This document shows positions 10,092-19,919 of a DNA stretch of 64,000 nucleotides, piece after piece. The position numbers were made by a program, and so were the translations under genes. Positions within the stretch are counted from its first letter, which is position 1, and each line of letters opens with the position of its first letter. Source of the stretch: Promethearchaeia archaeon (GTDB lineage: Archaea; Asgardarchaeota; Lokiarchaeia; Sigyniarchaeales; SOKP01). Location of the stretch: positions 32,001 through 96,000 of the forward strand of contig JAHQWK010000019.1 in NCBI GenBank assembly GCA_029856145.1, given 5' to 3'. The notes under the pieces were generated by a model. The model saw nothing but the letters and a program-made list of their open reading frames with translations. It was not told the DNA's origin and ran no database searches.

Positions 10092-10291
10092 ATATTAAAA
10101 AATCTTCTAAGAAAAATTGTTGAGGGTTTGGTAGACAATCACATATATATCTATATAAAAAATTAGGTAAAGAATTTGCTGGGAAAATTAATTCTATAAT
10201 GGATTCGGATACAATCATTTTAGAAGATAAAAATGAGAACCTTTCTTCAATACCCCTTTCAGAAATAAGTGTAATCACTGAAAGAAGATAA
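10092..10291 (+). pseudogene. Frameshifted small protein, possibly Sm/LSm-like fold
   Basis: Frame A ILKNLLRKIVEGLVDNHIYIYIKN* joins by -1 shift at 10157-10163 to LGKEFAGKINSIMDSDTIILEDKNENLSSIPLSEISVITERR*; start uncertain. Confidence 0.45.
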
Positions 10292-10425
10292 AGTATCTCA
10301 GTTTTTATAAAGAAACCAATGAGTTAAGATAGATTTGTTTAGGTAAACAGCAAGAAAATGATAGACTTAATAAATTTTTATAACTATTTAAAAATTATTT
10401 TTAATAAATAAAACTACAAGATAAT

Positions 10426-11871
10426 ATGATAATTAGTATAATCATAATTTTGGCATGTTTTATCGCAGTTATTTTATTAATTATAACCAATAAATTAAAT
10501 CGAGCGATCTCTTCTCTACTAGGAGCAATAATTACATATTTCGTGCTTATATTTATTGAAGGTTTAGATTTTTCAATAATAGTTGAATTACTATTTGGGT
10601 CTCCTTCTGAAGGATTTGTTAACTTGCATTCTTTAATTATGATAATTGGAACAATGATGATTGTACAAATTGCTCATGAAGCGGGATCATTCCAATTTAT
10701 TGCGGGGAAATTAATAAAACTATCAGGAGGAAAGCCTGTTAATTTAATGATAATCTTTTGTGTTGTGACTGTTTTTATATCCGCTATTTTAAATAACATT
10801 TTAACAGTTATTATTATTATTCCGCTCACTATTACAGTTTCAAGAATTTTAAACATAAATCCCTCACCATACATATTAACTCAAGCGGTATTAGTAAATG
10901 TTGGAGGAACAGTTTTTTCAATTTCCTCAATTCCAAACATTTTAATTACAACATACGCGGGGATAGAGTTTTTAGAATTCTTTATTAATGTAGGGCTAAT
11001 ATCTTTTATTGTTTTTATTTTTACTCTCTTTTTTTTCATTTTGATATATAAAAAAGAGTTAATAATACCAGAAGAAGGTCAAAAAGCATTAGAAGAATTT
11101 GATGTTTGGAATGTCGTTCAAAATAAAAGATTATTATATCAATCGTTAATATCATTAGTCGGTTTATTAATTTTACTTATACTTATTCCTTCTTCATTAA
11201 TTTCTCCAGATATTATTGCTTTAACTACTGCTATCATCTTAATCATTATAACAAGATTAGATCCAAAAGAAATTATTAAAAAAATAGATTTTGAATTGAT
11301 CTTTTATCTACTGGGTATCTTTATAATTGTGGGAGGACTTGAGGTAACAGGAGCAACAGGAGCTCTAGGAATTTTTATCCAAAATATTGGTGGAAGTAAT
11401 CTTTTTTTCCAACTTCTTTTGGTACTATGGTTTTCAGCCTATTTAAGCAGTTGTATTGATAATATACCAATCACAAAAGTATTGATTCCGGTTGCAGATA
11501 CTATGACTGAAACAGCTTCAATATTTAATAGAAAGCAAGTTTTTTACAGTCTTGCATTTGGGGCAAATTGGGGGGATAATTTAACACCATTAGGAGATAA
11601 TATTCTTGTGGTTAATATTGCGGAACAAAATAAGCGTCCTATTACTTTCAAATCATTTTTCAAATTAGGTTTTATTACAGCAAATTATCAATTAATAATT
11701 ATTTCAATCTATTATTGTCTAATTTTTTATATCCAAATAGGAATTATTATTTTAGGGATTGTGGGCTTATTTCTAATAGTAATCTACTGTTTGAATAAAT
11801 TTGGAAGTAAAACTATTAAATCTCGTATGAATACACTTAGCAATAAATTAAGAGAAATTATAATAAGGTGA
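10426..11871 (+). CDS. ArsB/NhaD (SLC13, P-protein-like) ion transporter
   Basis: Multiple TMs; SAILNNI, S.PNI.I, SS.IDNIP, GAN.GDNLTPLG. Confidence 0.85.
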   Translation: MIISIIIILACFIAVILLIITNKLNRAISSLLGAIITYFVLIFIEGLDFSIIVELLFGSPSEGFVNLHSLIMIIGTMMIVQIAHEAGSFQFIAGKLIKLSGGKPVNLMIIFCVVTVFISAILNNILTVIIIIPLTITVSRILNINPSPYILTQAVLVNVGGTVFSISSIPNILITTYAGIEFLEFFINVGLISFIVFIFTLFFFILIYKKELIIPEEGQKALEEFDVWNVVQNKRLLYQSLISLVGLLILLILIPSSLISPDIIALTTAIILIIITRLDPKEIIKKIDFELIFYLLGIFIIVGGLEVTGATGALGIFIQNIGGSNLFFQLLLVLWFSAYLSSCIDNIPITKVLIPVADTMTETASIFNRKQVFYSLAFGANWGDNLTPLGDNILVVNIAEQNKRPITFKSFFKLGFITANYQLIIISIYYCLIFYIQIGIIILGIVGLFLIVIYCLNKFGSKTIKSRMNTLSNKLREIIIR

Positions 11872-11878
11872 TAATGAT

Positions 11879-12517
11879 ATGGTATTTAAAAATATTCTAA
11901 GAATAAAAGCAGCCTTACCTGAAGTTAAACATGTTGTAATGTTCTATAACAATGGTACAATTTTTCAAACTACATTTGAGCAAGAAATTAATATTCCAAA
12001 ATTAGGTGAAAATTTAGCAGAAATATTAGATCATGCTAAACGACTCTATGATATCTCTAATTATAATTTTGATAATTATAAAAAAATTATTCTTGAAACT
12101 AATGATATGTCTATTATTATTTTAAAGCTTGGTGAAGATAGTAATATTGCTCTTTTTTTTAGGAAAGAAGAAGAAAAAGAATTAAAATTGACGGCAATAA
12201 AAAGGTATATAACTAGAATTGAAGAATTAATTGATATGGATGAAAGAGAACTTGTAATACAAAATATACTGGTAAAAGAGGAAGAAATTAAACACTTAAA
12301 GGAACTACTAAGTGAAAAAGAGAAAATTGGTGAAGAATTAAAAACAGAATTAATTAATATGGAGAAAGGAAATATAGAAGGAGATAAAAGAAAAATAACT
12401 AGTGAAATAAATAGCCTTGATTTTGAATGTGAAAATTTGAGAAAGCATTTAGAAAAATCCAATAATGAAATCAAACATTTAAAAGAAAAAATAGAAAAGA
12501 GTCACAAAAAAGAATGA
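11879..12517 (+). CDS. Roadblock/longin-like domain fused to a C-terminal coiled coil
   Basis: Pattern helix, VVMFYNNGTI, long helix, IILET..IIILKLG...ALFF; E/K-rich heptads after residue about 120. Confidence 0.55.
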   Translation: MVFKNILRIKAALPEVKHVVMFYNNGTIFQTTFEQEINIPKLGENLAEILDHAKRLYDISNYNFDNYKKIILETNDMSIIILKLGEDSNIALFFRKEEEKELKLTAIKRYITRIEELIDMDERELVIQNILVKEEEIKHLKELLSEKEKIGEELKTELINMEKGNIEGDKRKITSEINSLDFECENLRKHLEKSNNEIKHLKEKIEKSHKKE

Positions 12518-12527
12518 AAAAAAAGAT

Positions 12528-12725
12528 TTACAAATTTAAGTCTTGAATGACACCTAGTAATACCGGTATTAAAAGAATTATCGCAATACTTATAACAATA
12601 AGAAGTATAAGGGATTCATTAGATTCTTTTTTCATTTGTTCAAAAAAGATGTAGACCAATATTATCAAGGATACTGCTAAGACTCCGAATAACAGTAAAA
12701 TTAAAATTATTTCATTTAATGACAT
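12528..12725 (-). CDS. Small two-TM membrane protein
   Basis: 65 aa, two hydrophobic helices, AGGA upstream, downstream of lpdA. Confidence 0.6.
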   Translation of the reverse strand: MSLNEIILILLLFGVLAVSLIILVYIFFEQMKKESNESLILLIVISIAIILLIPVLLGVIQDLNL

Positions 12726-12781
12726 GATATTCCTAAATTATTATCATTATTTTTTAATTCAAATTTAGATTTCTTTTAAAA

Positions 12782-14344
12782 TTAAGTCTCTCCAAACTTA
12801 ATTAATCCATACCTTTTCAATTTTTCACTTTGCATAAACTGTCTAATCATATCTTCCTTCAAATCTACCTTCTGTTTTACACGACGTCGAGTTCGATGGA
12901 TGGATAATCCATAAACATCTTCTGCAGCTTCTAAGACCATTTCTGATAATGTAGGATGACTATGTACAGTATTGGTGATATCATGAATAGTTAACCCATT
13001 TTTCATAGCAAGAGCAATCTCAGCAATTAATTCTGAGGCCGCAACACCTATACAAGAAGCACCTAATATATCATCAGTATCTTCATCAGTAATGATCATT
13101 AAAAAACCTTCATCTTCACCCATACATTTAGCTTTTCCTAATGAGGCATATCCAAATCGACCAGTTCTTATTTTTATTCCCCTATCTTCAAGAAATTTCG
13201 ATTTATAACCAACAGAACCAATTTCAAGTGCTGTAAATATTGATGCGGGAATAACAGTATAATCTGCTACCACAGGAAAAGTATCAAAATTCCCAATACT
13301 ACTAAGAGCATTGAAGACAGCAATATCTCCTTCATAACTAGCAACATGAGCTAACATGACACCCCCTGTAACATCACCAATCGCATAAATTCCTCTCTCA
13401 TTGGATTCTAAAGTAGATGGATTTACTTTTATTTTACCCCGATAAATTTCTATTTTAGTATTTTCTAATCCAAGTTCTTCAATATTTGCTTTTCGTCCTA
13501 CAGACACTAAACAAAGATCTGCTTCATAAATAAACTTCTCAGTTGCGGCAGTTTCATCCTGTTGTATGGTTGAATCACAGCTATTTGCTCTTACTTTTGA
13601 ATCAACAATTTCAATGTTTAATATTTTTCGATTCTCATAAATTTCAATTCCCATAACTTTAAATTTTTTTTTTAGTTCACGGACAACTAGTGGTTCTTCA
13701 ATGGCTAGAATTGATGGTAAGTATTCCAAAATTGTTACTTTTGAACCAAAACTATTAAATATATTGGCAAATTCGCATCCGATTACTCCACCACCCACAA
13801 TTAGAAGACTTCTTGGAATTACATGAAAATCCTGAGCAAGAATATCATCACTTGTTAAAATATGTTTATGATCAATATTAAACGCTGGGATCAGTATTGG
13901 TCTGGATCCAGTAGCAATAATAATTCGCTTACCTATAATTTGTTTAGAATCTTCTCCTACTATTTCAATGGTAAATCCATCTTCTACCGAACCTGATGTA
14001 ATTCTTCCCACGCCATAGATCAAATCAATCTTTCTTTGTCTAATTAAAACTTCTATACCTGAAATCAATTCATTAACCACTTTATTTTTTCGAACAACCG
14101 CACTTTTGAAATTCGGTTTAACTTCTCCCTCAATATCTACTCCAAAATCCTTTGCATTACGTTTGATATTCTCGATTAATTTTGCTGAACTATGGAGAGC
14201 TTTTGTTGGAATACAACCTCGGTTTAAACAAGTCCCACCAACATTTTCTTTTTCTATTAAGGCAACTTTAGCATCATATTGAGCTGCACGAATTGCAGCA
14301 TGATAACCTCCTGGTCCCGCACCAATTATAACAATATCATACAT
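12782..14344 (-). CDS. lpdA: Dihydrolipoamide dehydrogenase
   Basis: GAGPGGY, GGTCLNRGCIPTK redox disulfide, GGGVIGCE, MLAHVA, HPTLSE. Confidence 0.95.
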   Translation of the reverse strand: MYDIVIIGAGPGGYHAAIRAAQYDAKVALIEKENVGGTCLNRGCIPTKALHSSAKLIENIKRNAKDFGVDIEGEVKPNFKSAVVRKNKVVNELISGIEVLIRQRKIDLIYGVGRITSGSVEDGFTIEIVGEDSKQIIGKRIIIATGSRPILIPAFNIDHKHILTSDDILAQDFHVIPRSLLIVGGGVIGCEFANIFNSFGSKVTILEYLPSILAIEEPLVVRELKKKFKVMGIEIYENRKILNIEIVDSKVRANSCDSTIQQDETAATEKFIYEADLCLVSVGRKANIEELGLENTKIEIYRGKIKVNPSTLESNERGIYAIGDVTGGVMLAHVASYEGDIAVFNALSSIGNFDTFPVVADYTVIPASIFTALEIGSVGYKSKFLEDRGIKIRTGRFGYASLGKAKCMGEDEGFLMIITDEDTDDILGASCIGVAASELIAEIALAMKNGLTIHDITNTVHSHPTLSEMVLEAAEDVYGLSIHRTRRRVKQKVDLKEDMIRQFMQSEKLKRYGLIKFGET

Positions 14345-14408
14345 AATTTCTTCCCTAATATATTCTTTTGCTTAATTTTATAAAATAAAAAAAAAATTAG
14401 TTAATTAC

Positions 14409-15065
14409 TTAAGCATTTAGTCCTAACGGTCTAATTTTTTCTCGTTCAGATAGTTTATCTGAGTGTTGTTTCTTAAGATCAGCTAATTTATTCTGCTTTT
14501 CAACTATATTTTTATTCAAATCTAGCGCATCAATTTCAAGTTTAGTTAATAACTTCTGAATACTAAGATATGCTTCCTCTGCTTTAGAAATTTTATCGCT
14601 AGGAGCATTACTATTTACTAACTTTACATAGATCATTATTTTTTTTGCTAAATTATCTCGTTCTTTAGCCTCATCAAGCTTCCTATTAGCAATCTTTACT
14701 TTTATTTGGGTTATATCAGTTTCAACAATCGCAATCTTTTTTTGAATTTCAGCAATTTTAGTCTGAATTTCAGCAATTTCCCGGTTGTATCTTGCCTGTG
14801 CTTTCTCCGCTTTTAAGATTTCATCACCAATTTTTACAAGATCTCTTACTTTTTCTTTCCTCTCGACTAATTTTTTACTCTTATCTGCTAATCTATGTCT
14901 TAATTTTGCTACCTCTATTTCATTCCTAGCTAGCATTTCTCGAGCTTTGGCTCTTTTTACTGATTGCTTAGCTAAAACTTTCATTTCACTTGCTGTTTCT
15001 TTTTCAATTCTTGCTAAATTTGAATTCTCTTCTGCTATTTTTTCAATATTTTTAGTTTCTTCCAT
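14409..15065 (-). CDS. Long coiled-coil protein (paralog of 16224-16892)
   Basis: K/E/A-rich heptads; shares KLADLKK...SEREKIR C-terminus with 16224-16892. Confidence 0.8.
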   Translation of the reverse strand: MEETKNIEKIAEENSNLARIEKETASEMKVLAKQSVKRAKAREMLARNEIEVAKLRHRLADKSKKLVERKEKVRDLVKIGDEILKAEKAQARYNREIAEIQTKIAEIQKKIAIVETDITQIKVKIANRKLDEAKERDNLAKKIMIYVKLVNSNAPSDKISKAEEAYLSIQKLLTKLEIDALDLNKNIVEKQNKLADLKKQHSDKLSEREKIRPLGLNA

Positions 15066-15112
15066 AATTACATCTCCTTAATTTTTATTGATTTTACTAT
15101 AATTTTATTAAA

Positions 15113-15265
15113 TTAACTATATTGTTCATCCGAATCCTCTAAATCGTCTTCTCCTTCATCCTCTTCCTGATCTTCATCACTTTCCTCATTAGAATCATCA
15201 TCTTCGAAATAATCATCATATTCATAATCATATCTCTTCTTCTTTTTTTTAGAGTCTTCCTTCAT
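15113..15265 (-). CDS. 50-aa basic-then-acidic low-complexity protein (missed by ORF track)
   Basis: MKEDSKKKKKRYDYEYDDYFEDDDSNEESDEDQEEDEGEDDLEDSDEQYS*; ATG 15265, stop 15113-15115. Confidence 0.75.
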   Translation of the reverse strand: MKEDSKKKKKRYDYEYDDYFEDDDSNEESDEDQEEDEGEDDLEDSDEQYS

Positions 15266-15356
15266 TTTAAATTAAATTTCTCTTATATTTTGTTGTTTTA
15301 TGTTTAATTTATCTTAATGATTGCAAGTTATTTAAATGTTTTCATTTGAAAACGAA

Positions 15357-15402
15357 ATCATATATCGACAACTTTATATACTCTGATATCATATATTGAT
15401 AT
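15357..15402 (+). promoter_or_regulatory. Candidate operator pair flanking a TATA box upstream of the RHH regulator
   Basis: ATCATATATCGACA (15357-15370) and ATCATATATTGATA (15388-15401); second lies in the palindrome ATATCA-N5-TGATAT; TTTATATA between them at 15373-15380. Confidence 0.5.
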
Positions 15403-15439
15403 ATAAAAGAAGGAAAAATGAACGGAAAAGATATTTAAA

Positions 15440-16009
15440 ATGACCAAAAAACAAATAAAAAAAAAAAGTAATTTTTTGGGATTTAGACTTTCAGAAGAAA
15501 TTATTGATAAATTAGAGTTAATAGCAAAACAGGAAAATAAGTCACGTGGTCTGGTTGCAAAAGATGCTATCGAACAATGGCTCAATTTAGAACTTTTCAA
15601 TCAAACAAATGAAATGATTATGATCTCTAAATCTATATTCTCTAAAATCCTTTCTAAATTAGATGAAATAACATTAGATATCATTGCTAAAGATTTTGCT
15701 GATTTATTTTCAGATATAATGAAATTCTCAACTGCAAAACCAATGAATGAAGATACTTTGAAGTCATATACCATTTTTTTAATTAATTTTTTCGGCAAAA
15801 ATGGATTGAAATGGTTTAATACTCTTGATATTCAGACACATGATAATTCTTTTATTTTTAGAGGTTTGCATGATATGGATGAAATCTATTCAAATTTCTT
15901 CACAAAATTCTATAAATATCTCTTATCTGAATATTTTGACTTAGAATTTACTACAAAAGTAGAAGAAAAAACATCTAATTTAATTCATCTGGAATTTAAA
16001 ATTAAATAA
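15440..16009 (+). CDS. Ribbon-helix-helix (CopG-like) regulator with C-terminal domain
   Basis: FLGFRLSEEIIDKLELIAKQENKSRGLVAKDAIEQWL RHH pattern. Confidence 0.75.
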   Translation: MTKKQIKKKSNFLGFRLSEEIIDKLELIAKQENKSRGLVAKDAIEQWLNLELFNQTNEMIMISKSIFSKILSKLDEITLDIIAKDFADLFSDIMKFSTAKPMNEDTLKSYTIFLINFFGKNGLKWFNTLDIQTHDNSFIFRGLHDMDEIYSNFFTKFYKYLLSEYFDLEFTTKVEEKTSNLIHLEFKIK

Positions 16010-16223
16010 GGTTTATTCTGATAAAAAGATGAAAACTAAAATACGTACTAAAGTAAAGATTAGAGATTATTTTCTAACTTTTTTAATGTATAGGATTTGA
16101 AGGCAATACGCATCCAAAAACCAAAGCAAATATTATAAACAAATTAAATTTAAATATTATTCATACTAGCTAAAATATGTTTATTAATTCATTTTTTATA
16201 TCATCATTTAAAGGTAAAGAGAT

Positions 16224-16892
16224 ATGGAAAATTTAACTATTATTGAGAAAGAAGCTCAACAAAATTTTAAAATAGCTCAATTTGAAAAAGAACTTGCCCA
16301 AAAATTAAAAATTAATGCTATAACTGAAATTAAAAAATCAAAAGCTAGAGTAAACTTACTGAAAATTGAATATGAATTAGCAGAAATAAAAAAAGATTTA
16401 GCAGAAAAGAGAAGGGTTTTAGCCAAGGAAAAATTAGAGATTAAAAAAAATCAAATTCTGGATTTTTCAGAAGAGGAATTAAAAATTGAGAATGATTATG
16501 CAATTTATAACGAGAAGATTGCAAAAAACCAAAAAGGAATCGCTGAGATTAACAAGAAAATTGCCTTAGTTGAGAAGCAAATAGCTGAGCAAAAATTAAA
16601 GCTATCTGGAGAAAAATTAGATGTGGCGAAAGCACGAGGAAAATTATCCAAAAAACAAATAAATTATCTAAAAGTAGCTAGAGGAAGTGCCCCAGAAAAT
16701 AAAATTCTGAAAGCTAAAAATAATTTAGAGAGCCAAAAAGAATCACTATTAAAACAGAAAAACGATGTATTTGATAAGGAAAGAGATGTAAAGAAAAAAG
16801 AAAATAAACTTGCCGAATTAAAGAAGGAACTATCCTTGAAATTTTCAGAAAGAGAAAAAATAAGACATCCTGGTGTCGTTCTAGCAGAATAA
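16224..16892 (+). CDS. Long coiled-coil protein (paralog of 14409-15065)
   Basis: K/E-rich heptads; KLAELKKELS...SEREKIRH. Confidence 0.8.
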   Translation: MENLTIIEKEAQQNFKIAQFEKELAQKLKINAITEIKKSKARVNLLKIEYELAEIKKDLAEKRRVLAKEKLEIKKNQILDFSEEELKIENDYAIYNEKIAKNQKGIAEINKKIALVEKQIAEQKLKLSGEKLDVAKARGKLSKKQINYLKVARGSAPENKILKAKNNLESQKESLLKQKNDVFDKERDVKKKENKLAELKKELSLKFSEREKIRHPGVVLAE

Positions 16893-16934
16893 ATTAAATA
16901 GAGTTATTACCTAAAAGAAAATAGGTCGATATAA

Positions 16935-17747
16935 TTGATTTTTCAAAATTTTTTCGAAATCTTTTTAGACTGGTTATCTCTATATTTTTTTCCTATTCTC
17001 ATTTCAATATTAGCAATAATTATCGGTTATATTATTTATGTCTTGATTAGAAGACAATTTTTAAAACTTGCTAAACATGAGAAATTAGAACTGAGTACGG
17101 CAAAAAATATCACAAAAGTAATTAAATATCTCATTATTTTGATCATTTTAACTGCTATTCTTATACAATTTGCAGAAAGTTTAGGTTTAATTACAGCATT
17201 ATTCACTCTTGTTGGTGGGACTATAATTGGTTTTGCAGCTATGAATACTTTAGGAAATATGATTGCTGGCATTATTATAATGGTTAGTAGACCGTTTTCT
17301 GTAGGTGATAGAATATTATATGATGGTAAAATCACTGATATTGTCGAAATAAAATTGATCTACACAATTATGGTTGATCTTGATAATGTTAAGATTTCTG
17401 TTCCAAATCAAAAGTTGTTATCACAAGAGATTAATGACTTCGGGAAAAAAGAGATTATTAGAAGACATGTGACTATAACACCTGGATTTGAAGAAGATAG
17501 GAGAAAAGTTGAAGAGGTTTTATTAGAGGCTGCGGGTAAATCATATCAAGTATTAAAAGACCCTAAACCATATGTTTGGATAAATTCCTTCCAGAATTAT
17601 GCAGTTGAATATAGATTATATGTTTTCATAAAAGATATTAAAAATTTACCACTAATTGAATCTGAATTACATAAAGCTGTATTGGATACTTGTAAAGAAA
17701 ATAATATAGATATCAGAACTCCTCTTCTGCACAAGAAAATAGAATAA
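16935..17747 (+). CDS. mscS: Small-conductance mechanosensitive channel
   Basis: 3 TMs, GFAA..TLGNMIAG, RPFSVGDRI, VPNQ. Confidence 0.9.
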   Translation: MIFQNFFEIFLDWLSLYFFPILISILAIIIGYIIYVLIRRQFLKLAKHEKLELSTAKNITKVIKYLIILIILTAILIQFAESLGLITALFTLVGGTIIGFAAMNTLGNMIAGIIIMVSRPFSVGDRILYDGKITDIVEIKLIYTIMVDLDNVKISVPNQKLLSQEINDFGKKEIIRRHVTITPGFEEDRRKVEEVLLEAAGKSYQVLKDPKPYVWINSFQNYAVEYRLYVFIKDIKNLPLIESELHKAVLDTCKENNIDIRTPLLHKKIE

Positions 17748-17771
17748 AAAATTTGTATTAATTTAACTTTC

Positions 17772-18863
17772 TTAAATCCATTTTTTTCTTCTAAAAAAAT
17801 ATAACATAATAACGGCAATTATAGCCATTGTGCCTATTAAGAATGGATATGCGATTGGGTTTGACAGTTCGGGCATATAAAGAAAGTTCATTCCATAAAA
17901 ACCTGCTAAAAATGATATTGGAATAAAAATTGTTGAAATAATTGTTAATACTTTCATGATATCATTCATCCTATTACTAACACTTGATAAATACATATCT
18001 AACATTCCAAAAATTATATCTCGATAATTTTCTAAAAGATCACTAATTCTAAAAATGTGTTCGTATATATCTCTTAGATATATCTGCAATTCATCACTGA
18101 TTAGCTTTGATGGTTCACGCTGCAATTTATTGATTAATTCTCTTATTGGCCATATTGATTTTCTCAACTCAATAGAAGATCTTTTCAATCGATAAATATT
18201 TTGTAGTGTTTCTGGATCAGGATTCTTTATTAAAATGTCTTCAATGTTATCTATATCCTCGCCTACCTTTTCTATAACAACAAAATAATCGTCAATTATA
18301 ATGTCAATTAAAACATAAAATAGGTAATCTGCACCCATTACCCGAACCTTTCCTCTTGGAACTTTAATCCTCTCGTAAATGGGATTAAAAAGGTTAGTAT
18401 CCCGCTCTTGGAATGATATTACATAATTCTCTCCTAATATTAAACTAATTTGTTCATATTTAAATTCCTCTTCTTCTTCATTCCAACTCAATTTTTTTAA
18501 TACTGCAAAAATATAATTCCCAAAATCCTCTAATTTAGGTCTTTGATTTGGGCTTAAAATGTCTTCCAGAACAAGAGGATGTAAATTGAATTGATGGCCA
18601 ACCTCTTCAATAACTTTTACTTGTGCTAGACCATAAATATCAATCCATCTAATAAATGGCTTTTCAATTTTTGTGAGATCAATCTGAATATCCTGAAATT
18701 CTTGAAAATTAAATTGGTCTTTATTATAATCCGTTACTTTAATTTTAGTTTTTTCATTTACTTTATCTCCTGTGTAAATTAAAGTTCCTGGAGGAAGACC
18801 AACTTTTTTCTTCTTTTTAGTTGAAGAATGTTTATTCCTTTGAGGTCTAGAAAATTTCCTCAA
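17772..18863 (-). CDS. corA: Magnesium/cobalt transporter CorA
   Basis: GLPPGTL, LHPLVLEDI...QRPK, YGMNF..MPEL. Confidence 0.95.
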   Translation of the reverse strand: MRKFSRPQRNKHSSTKKKKKVGLPPGTLIYTGDKVNEKTKIKVTDYNKDQFNFQEFQDIQIDLTKIEKPFIRWIDIYGLAQVKVIEEVGHQFNLHPLVLEDILSPNQRPKLEDFGNYIFAVLKKLSWNEEEEEFKYEQISLILGENYVISFQERDTNLFNPIYERIKVPRGKVRVMGADYLFYVLIDIIIDDYFVVIEKVGEDIDNIEDILIKNPDPETLQNIYRLKRSSIELRKSIWPIRELINKLQREPSKLISDELQIYLRDIYEHIFRISDLLENYRDIIFGMLDMYLSSVSNRMNDIMKVLTIISTIFIPISFLAGFYGMNFLYMPELSNPIAYPFLIGTMAIIAVIMLYFFRRKKWI

Positions 18864-18983
18864 ATTGTCTCACTTAAACTATAGAGTAAATATTATCTAA
18901 TAATTTAATAAACCAACCTTTAAAATATAAGTTTTCTTATATTTTTTCTATATAAAATTTGTATTCTCAAAATAATAAAAACT

Positions 18984-19919
18984 TTGGAGATATGGTTTCT
19001 TGTGAAGAGAATTTATAAAATAGTCACATGGATATCAATTATAGGAATTATTGTATTAGTTTATTTTTACTTTGGATTTGAGCAATTATTATTAAATATA
19101 GTAATTGTAAATTTGGTTGCTTATGTCTTAAGGTCAATATTAATTGATATATTTCATAGCTTGATTAAAAACTTATTAGTTCGTTATATTACCATGATAA
19201 TTATAAATATAATATGGTTATTATTTCCATTTTGGTTGATTTTTATTATTTCACCAACTTTTTTTGTAGCAATTATTTCTTTTCTGGTTGTAGCAATAGC
19301 ACTAACGTTTCAAAATATAATTAATAATATTGCCTCAGGAGTAATGCTTTTATCCTCAGGAGGTTTTGAGGCTGGCGATTTAGTCGAAACCAACGGAATT
19401 GAAGGTATTGTTAAAGAGATAACATTAAATAGTTTGAAGCTAGAAGATTTTGATGGTTCTATCACCTATATTCCCAACAAAAATGCTTTTAATTCATCAG
19501 TAGTTCGCTTTACTCACAAATCTATTAAAAAAGAAAAAAAGATAGAAATTTCGGAACTAGTTAGAAAATTCGGCAAGTTAGTAACTGGTGAAAAAAAACT
19601 CACTCGTTATATTAAAGTAGTTGAGCTTTTAGGTACCGTAGATTTAGAGAAACTTGATGAATTATTAACGCCAATATTTGAGAAATATGAACCCATTTTT
19701 GGGATAAGACCTTACTTTTATGCAAATAATACTGTTAGTGGGATTGTAAATCGTTTAAGTATCACTATTCAAATTATTACAGAGGATCCAAAATTAATCT
19801 TAACATATACAGACCCATTGCTCAAAGAAATTCTTTTTAAAATATATAATAAAGAAATTAATTATGGATGGAAGAATAGCGAAAACGAATATCCAGGAAA
19901 TAGCCTAGAGGTGGATTGA
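18984..19919 (+). CDS. MscS-family protein
   Basis: FQNIINNIASG, FEAGDLVE..GIEG.V.EI, YIPN. Confidence 0.8.
   Translation: MEIWFLVKRIYKIVTWISIIGIIVLVYFYFGFEQLLLNIVIVNLVAYVLRSILIDIFHSLIKNLLVRYITMIIINIIWLLFPFWLIFIISPTFFVAIISFLVVAIALTFQNIINNIASGVMLLSSGGFEAGDLVETNGIEGIVKEITLNSLKLEDFDGSITYIPNKNAFNSSVVRFTHKSIKKEKKIEISELVRKFGKLVTGEKKLTRYIKVVELLGTVDLEKLDELLTPIFEKYEPIFGIRPYFYANNTVSGIVNRLSITIQIITEDPKLILTYTDPLLKEILFKIYNKEINYGWKNSENEYPGNSLEVD

Noticed and set aside
10055-10291. Selenoprotein reading through TGA 10121-10123 (…NC*G…)
   Set aside because: The upstream part in that frame is low-complexity, the alternative frame gives a more protein-like N-terminus, and no SECIS-like stem could be folded downstream
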